Virus record (IMG/VR): IMGVR_UViG_3300045303_000152
Span: 45,753-109,752 of that record
Reading direction: 5' to 3' (one strand)
Length of the DNA: 64,000 nt
Origin: a virus
The translations under genes and the position numbers were made by a program. Under the pieces are notes generated by a model, which saw only the letters and a list, made by a program, of their open reading frames with translations, was not told the DNA's origin and did no database searches. The first letter of the stretch is position 1. Every line of letters begins with the position of its first letter. Shown piece by piece: positions 40,968 to 51,458 of this stretch.

Positions 40968-42015
40968 ATGATGAGCCCCGATGATGTAGCACGCGCATGT
41001 TCCCATGCTCGCAGCCTTATACTCGCTCGCTACCCCACAGCTCGGGCACAGTCGGGGCTTATTATGACGTCTCACGTTCTTTGGATGCTCGATCAAATAG
41101 CCGAGTTCATGAGCGTAACGCCACCTCGCCGTGAGAAAGCTATGCGCTGGCTCGGGTTTGTGCAGGGCTATCTTTGGACGGCAACCTACTGCACCATTGA
41201 AGACTTGAAGAAGGTCAACCGACCTAGCGATGGAGCTGAGTGATGACCCCGTTGAGTAGGCTACGAGGTGATGGCTGGATGGTCGCGGTCCATAACGACT
41301 ACTGGCTTAATGGCAAGTTCATGACGTTCTGGCTATTTACTCATCCAACGGGAGTCTTTGTCAAAGGTGAGGCAGAAACAGATGAAGAAGCGCTTCGCGA
41401 GTGCGAGCGTAAGGCAACAGCTATCGGAGTTTAACAATGCCCATCAATCGACGCGGCGTGCATATCAACTGGCATGGTAAGTACCTCAATGAAGAGGAAA
41501 TTGCGGCTGACATGATAGCAAAGATCAGAGCCAACCCTGAGGGCGTCAAGGTTTGGCTTGATCCCATTAGTTGGGAACTGCCTTATAGCGACTATAAGGT
41601 ACTGCCTCCGCATGCTGGCGCCTTGATGAACGTCGGTATGCAAGTTCGGAATTACTATGGGCTTTGGCATCCTGAATGCCCGTATACCAAAACCGGCGGG
41701 GCTGATTTAGAAGTTAAGGATGGTATCATCACCGACCCAATGTTCCCTGACAACCTATCAATGCGCATAATTGACCGGGTGCGCAAGGTATTCGCGGATG
41801 AGGCCAAGCAATCGAAAGAGTTGCACATTGCCGATAGTCACCCCCAACGATCAGGCTTTGCTTGGTGCGGCGAAACATTGCTAGATAGCAGTAAGCGAAC
41901 CTTTCGCAACGTTGAGGAAGCTGCTCAAATCGGCCGTAGTGGTATGGATAGTTTCATTGTTTGCACTCGTTGCCTTGAACGGGTTACAGCAGCGCTACGT
42001 CACGGGCACAAGTAA
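40968..42015 (+). other. hypothetical CDSs (40968-41243, 41240-41434, 41437-42015)
   Basis: Collinear ORFs; the first has the recurring phage motif 'EKAMRWLGFVQG'. Confidence 0.6.
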
Positions 42016-44696
42016 TGAGCTTCTTTCCTATACCTGAAAAGGTAAGCAAACAAACAGCGGCTAAAGCCGACATTAAGATGCTCCATACCCTGGAGTGTCA
42101 AGCCTGCCCGTTGTCGCAGATCAAGGGTAACAAACACCCTGACATGCCGGCAACGGGCGTCAGTAACCCGATGGTATATGCATTGGGCGAGGCCCCCGGC
42201 AAGGATGAGGATATACGCGGCCGGCAGTTCGTAGGCAAAAGCGGCCAACTGCTTAGAGACTTGCTCATTGACATTATAGGCACCGATTACAAAAACTACT
42301 TTCGTTGGAACAACACTGTTCGCACCCGACCGATTGACAATGCCACACCAACTTGGCAGAGCATCGAGTGCTGCCGGCCTAGCATCGTAAGGGATATCGA
42401 ACAAAGCAAGCCGAAGGCTATATTTGGATTTGGCAACATACCGCTATCGTGGCTCACGGGGTATTCTGGTATCTATGCCTATCGCGGTCGCTGCATGCCC
42501 GTTAAAGTAGGCACGCACGTTTGCTGGTACTTCCCCATGCTGCATCCAGCGGCGATACTGCATGGCGTCAAAGGCTATGACCCCGACGACGATGACGATG
42601 GCAGCGATTACAATCAATCCGATCGCGAGTTCATCAATGAGGACCATCGCATACTCAAGTTCGATCTCATTAAAGCCCTGGCGTTGCTCGACAAGCTCGG
42701 GCCACCTATGATCCATTCAGCTGACGATGCCTTGAGCGGCATTGATGTGATGGATAAGTGTGACGATCAAGCCCTCGATGTCATTGAAGAACAGTTGAAG
42801 CTGTACGGCTCAAAGGTAGTAATCGGCATCGACTATGAGACCGACGCACTGCGACCGTACAATCCCGACCGGCGAATACTAACCGCCGCCGTCAGCGATG
42901 GGCTCGGTGCGATCACCATTCCATTCGATCACCCTGAAGCGAGCTGGACCCCCAAGCAGCGTGAACGCCTCGACCGCATTTGGATCAACTTCCTCACCAC
43001 GGCCACAGCTATCAAAGCGGTACACAACCTGCAATTCGAGCTGGAGTGGACTGGCCATCGGTTCGCCGGCGACTTGCTCAAAGCCGGTAGGTGGGAATGT
43101 ACGATGGTTCAAGCGTCGATCATCGACCATCGCTATAAGGGCACCAAGCCGAGCCCACTGTCGTTAGAGTTTCTGGTGCTGCAACACTTCGGCTTCAACC
43201 TGAAGAAGCTCGCAGCCGTCGAGCGGCACAACCTGATAAACACGCCGTTGCCTCACGTGCTCCAATACAATGGATTGGATGCCAAGTATCATGCGTTGCT
43301 GTTCAAGCGTCAGCACTCGATTATAAGGAATGAGAACCTACTCGTTGCCTACAAGCTCGCCAGCCGCCGCGTGCCCACGTTGGTTATGAGCCAGCTCAAA
43401 GGTATTCCTGTATCACAGAAGCAAGTCGAGGTGCTGCACGCCAAGTACGCAGATCGTATAGAAACAACCTCAAAGCAGATCGCCGTCAACCGCACCGTCA
43501 AGCGGTTCAAGAAAGAGTACAAATTCGACTTCGACCCCGGCAAGCATTGCGTGAAGCTGTTTCACGACATGCTGCAACGTAAGGAGTGCGAGGTATTCGA
43601 CAAGAAGAAACGTGATGCCAAAACTTGGTGGGTGGGTGATAAGAAAGTCAACAAGATAAGCTGCGATGAAGATGTGCTCAAGCAAATTGGCGGCGAGCTG
43701 CCAGAGCTAATCATTCGCTTGCGTAAGGCACAAAAGCGCATGGGTACTTACATTCTACCCATGCGTGAGGGCAGCGGAATACTTTGGCCCGGTAGCTATC
43801 TCCATCCGGTTTACAATCATACCTTCACCGATACCGGCCGGCTGAGCGCTGAAGAGCCCAACGTTCAAAACTACCCCAAGCGTGATGGCGAGGCCAAGGA
43901 GGTTCGCAAGGGCATCGTCGCTCGCAAAGGCCGTGTGATTGTCGCCATCGACTACGGGCAAATAGAAGCTCGCGTCATCGCCATGTACACGAAGGATAAA
44001 ACCTTCGTCAAAGCGTTGTGGGAAGACTACGACGTTCATATGGAGTGGGCCGAGCGCGTAGCCTATGCGATGCCAGGGCTAGTCGGCGGCAAGCAGTACC
44101 TTAAAGACAAACCCACGATGAAAAAGTTTCGCACGGGCATCAAAAACGAATGGACATTCCCACTGTTTTTCGGGGCCACGCTTGAGTCCGTTTGCACCTA
44201 CCTGACCGAAGGCAACGATCACGACTGCAAGGTAGAGCCCGGTCAACTCAAAAAGGTTCATGCCGATTTCTGGAAGCAGTTCGGCGGCGTGAAGGAATGG
44301 CAGGAGACCCTGCGCGACTTTTATGAGGAGCATGGGTATGTAGAAACCTTCACCGGCCGGCGCCGTCACGGGCCTATGAGCTTCAACAAGCTAATCAATG
44401 CACCCGTGCAAGGGTTCACTGCCGAGCTAGTGATGGACGGTATGTGTAGGTTAAGCGAAACAAATGACCCGCTGCTGCCCCCTGAAATTCAAATCCACGA
44501 TGACTTGACGTGGGTAAGCGTGCCCGAAAACAGGGTGGATGAATTGGCTGACAAGGCGCTAGATGTGCTGCTCAACCCGCCCGCGCCGTTCATCGAGCAT
44601 GTCAACGTACCGATCACAATGGAGCTTAGCGTAGGCAAGAACTGGCTGGAAATGACCGACATAGGCGTGTTCAAATCAAACGAGTGGAAGCAATGA
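42015..44696 (+). CDS. polA: family A DNA polymerase with N-terminal uracil-DNA-glycosylase-like domain and 3'-5' exonuclease
   Basis: GEAPG..ED..G..FVG.SG; IDYET; HNLQFE; YNGLDA; TGRLS..PN.QN; DYGQIEAR; NAPVQG; IHDD. Confidence 0.93.
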   Translation: MSFFPIPEKVSKQTAAKADIKMLHTLECQACPLSQIKGNKHPDMPATGVSNPMVYALGEAPGKDEDIRGRQFVGKSGQLLRDLLIDIIGTDYKNYFRWNNTVRTRPIDNATPTWQSIECCRPSIVRDIEQSKPKAIFGFGNIPLSWLTGYSGIYAYRGRCMPVKVGTHVCWYFPMLHPAAILHGVKGYDPDDDDDGSDYNQSDREFINEDHRILKFDLIKALALLDKLGPPMIHSADDALSGIDVMDKCDDQALDVIEEQLKLYGSKVVIGIDYETDALRPYNPDRRILTAAVSDGLGAITIPFDHPEASWTPKQRERLDRIWINFLTTATAIKAVHNLQFELEWTGHRFAGDLLKAGRWECTMVQASIIDHRYKGTKPSPLSLEFLVLQHFGFNLKKLAAVERHNLINTPLPHVLQYNGLDAKYHALLFKRQHSIIRNENLLVAYKLASRRVPTLVMSQLKGIPVSQKQVEVLHAKYADRIETTSKQIAVNRTVKRFKKEYKFDFDPGKHCVKLFHDMLQRKECEVFDKKKRDAKTWWVGDKKVNKISCDEDVLKQIGGELPELIIRLRKAQKRMGTYILPMREGSGILWPGSYLHPVYNHTFTDTGRLSAEEPNVQNYPKRDGEAKEVRKGIVARKGRVIVAIDYGQIEARVIAMYTKDKTFVKALWEDYDVHMEWAERVAYAMPGLVGGKQYLKDKPTMKKFRTGIKNEWTFPLFFGATLESVCTYLTEGNDHDCKVEPGQLKKVHADFWKQFGGVKEWQETLRDFYEEHGYVETFTGRRRHGPMSFNKLINAPVQGFTAELVMDGMCRLSETNDPLLPPEIQIHDDLTWVSVPENRVDELADKALDVLLNPPAPFIEHVNVPITMELSVGKNWLEMTDIGVFKSNEWKQ

Positions 44697-45619
44697 CAGC
44701 TCTAATAACCAAGTACAGACCCCGCAGATTTGCCGACGTGATCGGGCACGCTAGTGCCGTGCGTGCGTTGCAACGCGCGTTGGAAAAGGGTACCAGCAAA
44801 ACGTTTCTGCTGACTGGGCCGACTGGCGTAGGCAAAACTACGCTTGCCCGTATCGCTGCAACTGTCGCCGGCTGCAAGTCAGATATCATGGAAGTCGATG
44901 CTGCCACGCGCACTGGCATTGATGACATGCGCGAAATTGCTGAAGGCATGAACTACGCGCCGCTATCTGGCGATGCCAAGGCGTTCATCATAGATGAAGC
45001 TCATGCATTGAGCAAAGCGGCCGTGCAGTCATTGCTCAAAACGTTCGAGGAGCCGCCAAGCTGGGGCTATTGGTTCATGTGTACGACTGAGCCAACCAAG
45101 ATCCCCGCCAACCTGCGCAGCCGATGCCTGCACCTCACCTTGAAGCCGGTTGATACAGAGGATATCAAGGGCTTGCTCGATGACATAAACTCGAAAGAAA
45201 AGCTGAAGGTCAAGGGCGATATAGTGACGCTGTGCGCTGAGGAGGCCCAAGGCTCACCCCGACAAGCCATCACCAACCTAGCCTTGTGCGCCGATGTTAA
45301 AAACACAACTGAAGCTGCCGAGCTACTGCAATCGGCCGCTGAGCTACCCCAAGCAATCGACCTTGCACGCTTTCTATTCGCTGGCGGTTCATGGCGTGAT
45401 TGCCAAGCCAAGTTGCGTGCGATGAAGGATCAGAACGCCGAAAGCGTGCGCCAAGTCGTGCGGGCCTACATGACTACGATTGCGCTCTCCATTCCAGGGG
45501 GTAACAAGTTGGCCCAAGCTCTGGCCGTGCTCGAAGCCTTCGAAACCCCTTGTAACTCGCAGGACGGCATATCACCTATCGTGCTGCGTTGCGCTAGTTT
45601 GCTGGTCAGCAAAAGATGA
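44693..45619 (+). CDS. clamp loader, DnaX/RFC-like AAA+ ATPase
   Basis: KYRPRRF.DV.G; GPTGVGKTT; IIDEAH; LLKTFEEPP; SRC. Confidence 0.92.
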   Translation: MTALITKYRPRRFADVIGHASAVRALQRALEKGTSKTFLLTGPTGVGKTTLARIAATVAGCKSDIMEVDAATRTGIDDMREIAEGMNYAPLSGDAKAFIIDEAHALSKAAVQSLLKTFEEPPSWGYWFMCTTEPTKIPANLRSRCLHLTLKPVDTEDIKGLLDDINSKEKLKVKGDIVTLCAEEAQGSPRQAITNLALCADVKNTTEAAELLQSAAELPQAIDLARFLFAGGSWRDCQAKLRAMKDQNAESVRQVVRAYMTTIALSIPGGNKLAQALAVLEAFETPCNSQDGISPIVLRCASLLVSKR

Positions 45620-45669
45620 TCGTATGTAGTTAGTGACCGAACCCCCAAACCCTGTCAGAAAGCACCCCC

Positions 45670-46227
45670 ATGCAGCAACGCCCCGATAAGACCCCGAGCA
45701 AAAACCCCCAAGCGGCCGACTATCGCGAATTGCTGGTGATCGACCGCGACGATCTGGAAGGCTGCCTCACCGACCACTCTGACAACTTTTTCTACATCGC
45801 CGACGCCCACGTGCGGGCGGTCGCCAAGCGCGATGCCCTCAAGCTCGAGATCGAAGAGTTGCATGCCGCCCTCGATAGAAACATCCGTGAACAGGCCGCT
45901 AAGAACGAGGAGAAAACAACCGAGGCTGGCATTCAGCAAAAGATCAAAGACGACCCCGACATGCGCGACCTGAAGCAACAGCTTTTGAACGCCAGCCAGA
46001 AGGCCGATGAGTGGGGCGCCCTGAAGGAAGCCTTTTATCAGCGCGGCTACATGCTGCGTGAGCTTGTGGCGATAACGCTCAAGAAACTTTCAATGGAAGG
46101 AGAGATCAGCTCGACCGAACGTGCAACCAACGAATTGCGAGCGAAGCAGGGCGACCGCGCCATCGAGCGGGTGAGAACTGCCCGCGAAACGATGCCCATG
46201 AAGCGACTTGGCAAAAAGAGCAAGTAG
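45670..46227 (+). CDS. UvsY-like recombination mediator
   Basis: Helical 'K.TEA.I...I..DP' and 'AF.QRG.ML' pattern; lies near SSB and RecA. Confidence 0.55.
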   Translation: MQQRPDKTPSKNPQAADYRELLVIDRDDLEGCLTDHSDNFFYIADAHVRAVAKRDALKLEIEELHAALDRNIREQAAKNEEKTTEAGIQQKIKDDPDMRDLKQQLLNASQKADEWGALKEAFYQRGYMLRELVAITLKKLSMEGEISSTERATNELRAKQGDRAIERVRTARETMPMKRLGKKSK

Positions 46228-46234
46228 GTAACTC

Positions 46235-46459
46235 ATGGCCAAAATAACTACTCCGCTGCCAACCGGCATACAAAACTTGTGGAAGGGAATGCATGTACGT
46301 CACCAGCGTAGCGGCCATAAGTACACTGTGCTGTGTGTTGCCAGGGTTGAGAAAACGCTTGAGGTAGTAGTCGTCTATCGCAGTGATGATGCCGAGGACG
46401 AGATCTGGACCCGCCCTCATGGTGAGTTTTGCGATGGCCGGTTTGCAGTAATAGGGTGA
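46235..46459 (+). CDS. DUF1653-like protein
   Basis: 'RH..SG..Y.V...VVY...IWTRP..EF.DGRF'. Confidence 0.75.
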   Translation: MAKITTPLPTGIQNLWKGMHVRHQRSGHKYTVLCVARVEKTLEVVVVYRSDDAEDEIWTRPHGEFCDGRFAVIG

Positions 46460-46618
46460 GGACAGCGGAGGTGGAAAACATTGCATGGATAGTTGCTATC
46501 GTTCTTGTTGCGGTAGTAGTCTTACCGATAGCTAACTATGTAAATGTCAGGCTCATAAGCCTAGCGTACTACCGCAGCAGATTAGAGTACGTCAGAAACG
46601 TTCGTCAACTTGGAGTGG

Positions 46619-47914
46619 ATGATGAAAGCGAGTACCCAGTCAAAGACCAAGACCAACGGCGGTCGTCGGCATTTCACGTATCGCGGTGAAGACCGCACCG
46701 CCGAGGACGTCAGCCGCGCCAGCAAAACCAGCGGCGGCACTTTCGACCAGTATTTGACCCAAGGTGTGAATTTCTTCAAGCCTCGCGAGGGCGAGAACAA
46801 CATTCGCATCATGCCCCTTAGCTGGGAGGACACCAAAAAGTGGGGCAAGGACTGGGCGATACTGATCTACGTGCACCACAGCATCGGCGCCGACAATTCG
46901 GCCTACCTTTGCCTCGAGAAAATGAAGGGCGAGGCTTGCCCCATTTGCGAAGCACGGGCCGACGCCGAGACCGAGGAAGAGCAGCGCGCACTGAGGCCCA
47001 ACAAGCGGGCGCTGGTGTGGCTGATCGACCGCGACAACGAGAAGGCAGGGCCGCACGTGTGGTCTATGCCGCTTCAGCTTTACCGTGACCTGCAAACGCG
47101 CAGCATCGACAAGAAGACCGGCACGGTGATACTGATCGACCATCCTGACGAGGGCTACGACATTAGCTTCGTCAAGGAGGGCACCGGCCTGCATACCAAG
47201 TACACGGCCGTCGAGGTTGCTCGGGATGGCTCGGCACTCAGCGAGAACGAGAAAAAGCAAACCCGCTGGCTCGACCTGATCGCCGAGCAGCCGTTGCCCG
47301 AAATCCTCAACTACTACGATGCCGACTACATCACCAAGGTTCTCGAGGGCAAGTCGTCGAAGCGCGATGACGACGAGGACGAGGACGATGATGACAAGCC
47401 AGCCCGTAAGCGCGTCAAGTTGGAGAACCGGCGCAACAAGGGCAAGGCCGATGATGACGATGACGAGGCCGAGGAGACTGAGGACGAAGACGAGGACGAG
47501 GCTGACGAAAAGGCCATTCGTCGCAACAAGCGAAGCGTCGCCCGTGACGAGGACGATGACGATGGTGAGGCTGAAGAGGAGTCTGAAGACAGCGACGATG
47601 AGGACGAGGAGGATGCCAAGCCTACTCGCCGCCGCACCTCGAAGGTAGTCGATGATGACGACGGGGATGAAGAGACTGAGGAAAGCGACGATGACGACGA
47701 TGACGAGCCCAAGGCCAAAAAGGGTAAGGGCAAGCCGTCAAAGAGACGTGCGGTTGCCGCTGACGATGACGACGATGACGGAGATGATGAGGAGGCTGAC
47801 GACGATAGTGATGACGAGGACGAAGAAGACAGTCCGCCTAAGAGTAAAGCTGGTTCGGCCAGTGCCCGAGCGCGGGCTAAGCTCGAAGCGCTGAAGAAAA
47901 AGCGCCGTAAGTAA
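46619..47914 (+). CDS. gp32-like single-stranded DNA-binding protein with very long acidic tail
   Basis: 'FFKP.EG.N.IR.MP', HH...C...CPIC zinc site, 'GYDISF.KEG.G..TKY'; D/E-rich C-terminal ~180 aa. Confidence 0.8.
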   Translation: MMKASTQSKTKTNGGRRHFTYRGEDRTAEDVSRASKTSGGTFDQYLTQGVNFFKPREGENNIRIMPLSWEDTKKWGKDWAILIYVHHSIGADNSAYLCLEKMKGEACPICEARADAETEEEQRALRPNKRALVWLIDRDNEKAGPHVWSMPLQLYRDLQTRSIDKKTGTVILIDHPDEGYDISFVKEGTGLHTKYTAVEVARDGSALSENEKKQTRWLDLIAEQPLPEILNYYDADYITKVLEGKSSKRDDDEDEDDDDKPARKRVKLENRRNKGKADDDDDEAEETEDEDEDEADEKAIRRNKRSVARDEDDDDGEAEEESEDSDDEDEEDAKPTRRRTSKVVDDDDGDEETEESDDDDDDEPKAKKGKGKPSKRRAVAADDDDDDGDDEEADDDSDDEDEEDSPPKSKAGSASARARAKLEALKKKRRK

Positions 47915-47950
47915 GGTTTCCTGGCCTCTCGTGCAGTGTAGGTCAGGAGG

Positions 47951-48003
47951 CGGGTGGCGTAAGGCTTCAGCTCCATTGAGCCTTGCGTCACCCGTCACTT
48001 TTT
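47951..48003 (+). terminator. intrinsic terminator
   Basis: CGGGTGGCGTAAGGCT...AGCCTTGCGTCACCCG followed by a T-run. Confidence 0.7.
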
Positions 48004-48022
48004 AACGTTAGAAGGTAGGAAA

Positions 48023-49039
48023 ATGCGTAAGCGCCTAGGTGAGAAAGCTAACGGGGCTGACAATGACTACTTCAAGCCGGCAACCAACATCGAGTTCATC
48101 AGAAGCGGCTGCGTGCTGTTCGACTGCATGCTCGGCGGAGGCTGGCCACTCGGCAGAATGTCGAACCTCGTTGGCGACAAGTCAACCGGAAAAACCCTTT
48201 GCGCCATTGAGGCTGCTGCAAACTTCGCCCGACAATATCCTAACGGTCATATCTGGTATCGAGAGGCAGAAGCAGCATTTGATGAAAGCTATGCTGGTGC
48301 CCTCGGCCTACCTGTTGACCGGGTTGACTTTGGACCAGAGGGCCTCGATAGTGCTTGGGAAACTGTGGAAGATATATTCGAAGACCTTACCGACTGCTGC
48401 GAGCGAGCCATCGAAAGCAAAGAACCAGGGCTCTACATAATCGACAGCCTCGATGCCTTATCAAGCCGCGCCGAGCTGGCACGTAAGATTGATGAAGGCA
48501 GCTACGGCATGGAAAAGCAAAAGCAGCTTGGCCAGTTGTTTCGCCGGCTGACCCGCAAGCTAAAGGAAGCTCGCATCGCTTTGCTGATTATCTCGCAGGT
48601 GCGTGACAAGATCGGCATATCATTCGGTGACAAGCACCGGCGTTCTGGTGGCCGCGCGATGGACTTTTACGCCTCGCTCGTTGTATACCTGAGCCATCTT
48701 AAGCAACTCAGTCGCACCATTGGCGGCATCAAGCGGCCGACAGCCATTCACGTCAGGGCCAAATGCCAAAAGAACAAGATCGCCATGCCGTTTAGAGAGT
48801 GTGAGTTCACCTTGCGCTTTGGGTATGGCATCGACGAAATGGATGCCTGCGTGACCTTTCTCGAAATGGCCAAGGCGACCAAGCTCGTGCCTGAGCTGGA
48901 CAAGAACTTCATGACACGGGTTGATAAGCTGAACGATGCCGACTATAAAAAGCAATTGATCGTGCTGCGCAAAGCTACACGCAAAGCATGGCGAGCTATC
49001 GAGGTAGATTTTGCCCCCACAAGGAGGAAGTACGTATGA
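48023..49039 (+). CDS. recA: RecA/UvsX recombinase
   Basis: LGGGWPLGR, GDKSTGKT, IIDSL, SQVRDKIG, GGRAMDFYAS, KNK. Confidence 0.93.
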   Translation: MRKRLGEKANGADNDYFKPATNIEFIRSGCVLFDCMLGGGWPLGRMSNLVGDKSTGKTLCAIEAAANFARQYPNGHIWYREAEAAFDESYAGALGLPVDRVDFGPEGLDSAWETVEDIFEDLTDCCERAIESKEPGLYIIDSLDALSSRAELARKIDEGSYGMEKQKQLGQLFRRLTRKLKEARIALLIISQVRDKIGISFGDKHRRSGGRAMDFYASLVVYLSHLKQLSRTIGGIKRPTAIHVRAKCQKNKIAMPFRECEFTLRFGYGIDEMDACVTFLEMAKATKLVPELDKNFMTRVDKLNDADYKKQLIVLRKATRKAWRAIEVDFAPTRRKYV

Positions 49040-49998
49040 ATGAGGCACTTCCTAAATTGCTACGCGCAATCGCTAACGGCACCGCTGCTAAAGAAGCAGG
49101 GCACGACGTTGCGCTTAATTTAGCTGCCAATAAGCTAGAAAGGCTGCAGGATCTTACAGTCACTACTATTGTTGAGGTATGGAATAGTTTCGAAGGTAAG
49201 GAGGAGTGGACTGTACGCAAAAACAAGCTTCGTAATGATAGTCGAATTTATGAAGTCTGCCGTTGTAGGATTGATGAACCAGCAAGTAACGAGACAATTA
49301 AAGTGTTAGAAGCATTTTATACAGATGAAGAGGCTTACGTATTTCGCAAACGAGCAAAAAATGAAGCGCGTGCCAAAGCGGTTCTGGAATTTATAGGAAA
49401 GGATCACTAATGAAACCCCAACTTAAACGTAGATTGGTTATCAAGCAACCTGAGGCTCCATCTGAGGAAATTGCAGTTTCTATAATAGCCGAAGCTATCG
49501 TTGCAATTGCAGATGGCATTACAAACCTTCGCAATGGGCCACTGAATGATAAGGCACTACTGCTTTTAATTCAGCATGCAATACCAACAAGGCATCGGCC
49601 GACCACACAGCAGATAAGCGCCGTGTTGGAAGGCATTCAAGATCTGAAGCGACAGTATATCAAACGGTAGGAGACTTACATGAGACCTGCAAAGATAGGC
49701 GGTTTCACCAACATCATGCGCAAGCCTGATAAATGGAACCACAAAATACCTTGTGAAGATTTATATGTTCGTGCTGTGCGAAGCGCCGATGGCATGCCAA
49801 CCGTGACTAGCGCTTGGCTACCTAGCAAGGAAGAACTCGAGCAATTGAACAATGGCTGCCCGGTGCTGGTTTCCATCATAACAACCCAGCCGCTGCATCC
49901 TATGTCAATCAATGTTGGTACAGTTATCGATCTACTACCCGCTGCCGGCTTGCCGGGTGGTCCGAAGTTAGTCATTCCTAAAAAGGATCATAATTGAT

Positions 49999-50631
49999 AT
50001 GCATATATCAGCTAAGGAAATTTGGCGTGCTGTACCTGGATTGCCTTACTATTATCAAGTAAGCAACCGTGGACGCATGCGTTCTTTGGCTCGCAAAGAT
50101 AAACGTGGTTGGAATATAAAAACTCGTTATATGGTTGCTCGTGATAGATTCTTAATAACTAATGAAGGAAATAAAATTTGGTGCCCTTTTGCTGCATTAG
50201 TACTAAAAGCGTTTGTAGGTCCTCCACCTGATGATTGCTACTTATCTAGGCACCTAGACGATGATCGCTCAAACAATAAAGTAAGTAACCTTGCTTGGGG
50301 GACAGATGCTGATAATAGTAAAGATGCTATAAGAAATGGACGCAGCTTTGCATCTTATGGTCATTTAGGAAAAAAGCATTCTCTAAAGACTAAAAAATTA
50401 CTAAGCGATAAGTTTAAGGGCAGGCCAACTGGTAGAAAAATATCACCTTCCCATAGAAAAGCTTTACTTAAAGGATATAGAATTAAATTTCCAGAAAAAC
50501 CTGTAATCCTTTGTTTATGTGGTTGTGGAGAAGTAACACGCCCAGGTAAAAAATTTAGACATGGTCACTCAGGTAGAATTAGATTTCGCCAAATAAACAA
50601 AGATAGAATAGGAAAGGCAAGAACATGGTGA
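49999..50631 (+). CDS. NUMOD4-HNH homing endonuclease with NUMOD3-like tail
   Basis: 'EIWRAVPG..YQVSNRGR.RS', 'RHLDD...NN.VSNLAWGT..DN', 'GKKHS.KTK'; AT-rich. Confidence 0.9.
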   Translation: MHISAKEIWRAVPGLPYYYQVSNRGRMRSLARKDKRGWNIKTRYMVARDRFLITNEGNKIWCPFAALVLKAFVGPPPDDCYLSRHLDDDRSNNKVSNLAWGTDADNSKDAIRNGRSFASYGHLGKKHSLKTKKLLSDKFKGRPTGRKISPSHRKALLKGYRIKFPEKPVILCLCGCGEVTRPGKKFRHGHSGRIRFRQINKDRIGKARTW

Positions 50632-51167
50632 ACAGTAAAAGAAAAGGTGGAGCTTTCGAACGGGAAATATGCCGCTTGCTGTCGCTTTGGGTATCACACG
50701 GCAAGCAGGAAGATTTGTATTGGCGGTCGGCAATGAGCGGCGGTCGCGCTACTGTTGGCAAGCGGCGAGGGATTGATCTCGTTGCGCAGGCTGGAGATAT
50801 CAGTAGCGTACACAAAGCTGGCCACGTGCTCACCACTGAGTTCTACTTCGAAACCAAACACGTGAAGGAATTGCACTTAGACAATTTCATGGTGAAGGGT
50901 ACTGGCCAGCTCGCCACGTTTTGGGAAACCGCAGCTCAGGAAGCCTCCAGCTACCATAAGGCGCCGGTCATCATCGCTCGGCAAAATCATTTCCCTACCT
51001 TGTGGATCAGTGAGGATGGCATCGTTGACATGTTGCACGGCAGGGCGATCAAGCGGCGATGGCCAAAAGGCAAGCTCGCGCTTATCCGCGTAGCGGGTAC
51101 AGCCCTAGCTATATGGAACTTTGATTTGCTGCTCGCCACGCCGTTCAAGTATAGCGGCTTAAACTAG
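50625..51167 (+). CDS. Holliday junction resolvase (PD-(D/E)XK type)
   Basis: 'KGGAFERE', 'SGG', 'AGDI', 'FETK'. Confidence 0.8.
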   Translation: MVNSKRKGGAFEREICRLLSLWVSHGKQEDLYWRSAMSGGRATVGKRRGIDLVAQAGDISSVHKAGHVLTTEFYFETKHVKELHLDNFMVKGTGQLATFWETAAQEASSYHKAPVIIARQNHFPTLWISEDGIVDMLHGRAIKRRWPKGKLALIRVAGTALAIWNFDLLLATPFKYSGLN

Positions 51168-51190
51168 AGCCCCGTATGTTATGATTAGCC

Positions 51191-51277
51191 CGCATGCAGC
51201 TGCCTCCCCCGTCGGCCTCATGCGTGGCAGGCACGGGCCGACCCCCGCCCCAAGGAAGTCGGCCCGTGCCACTTTTA
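51191..51277 (+). ncRNA. candidate sRNA with two C-rich loops
   Basis: TG-n-TATGAT -10 at 51177-51185; hairpin with CCTCCCCCGT loop; perfect 13-bp hairpin followed by TTTT. Confidence 0.55.
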
Positions 51278-51458
51278 CCTGCAACCTGAGTAGCTACAAC
51301 CCGCCCCGGCGCCGTACCTAACCCCATGCCGCGCGAGCCTCGCCATTGCCCCCTAATCGTGGCGCCCGTAAGCACGAGCGACCCGCCCGCTAGGGTGCTG
51401 AGGGTAGGCAAACTGAACGCGGTTCAGGTGTCATAGCAACCTAGTACGAGGTAGCGCC

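Noticed and set aside
47326-47991. 221-aa poly-Ser minus-strand ORF and other long antisense ORFs
   Set aside because: Shadows of GAC/GAT/GAG-rich + strand genes, which have clear motifs and RBSs
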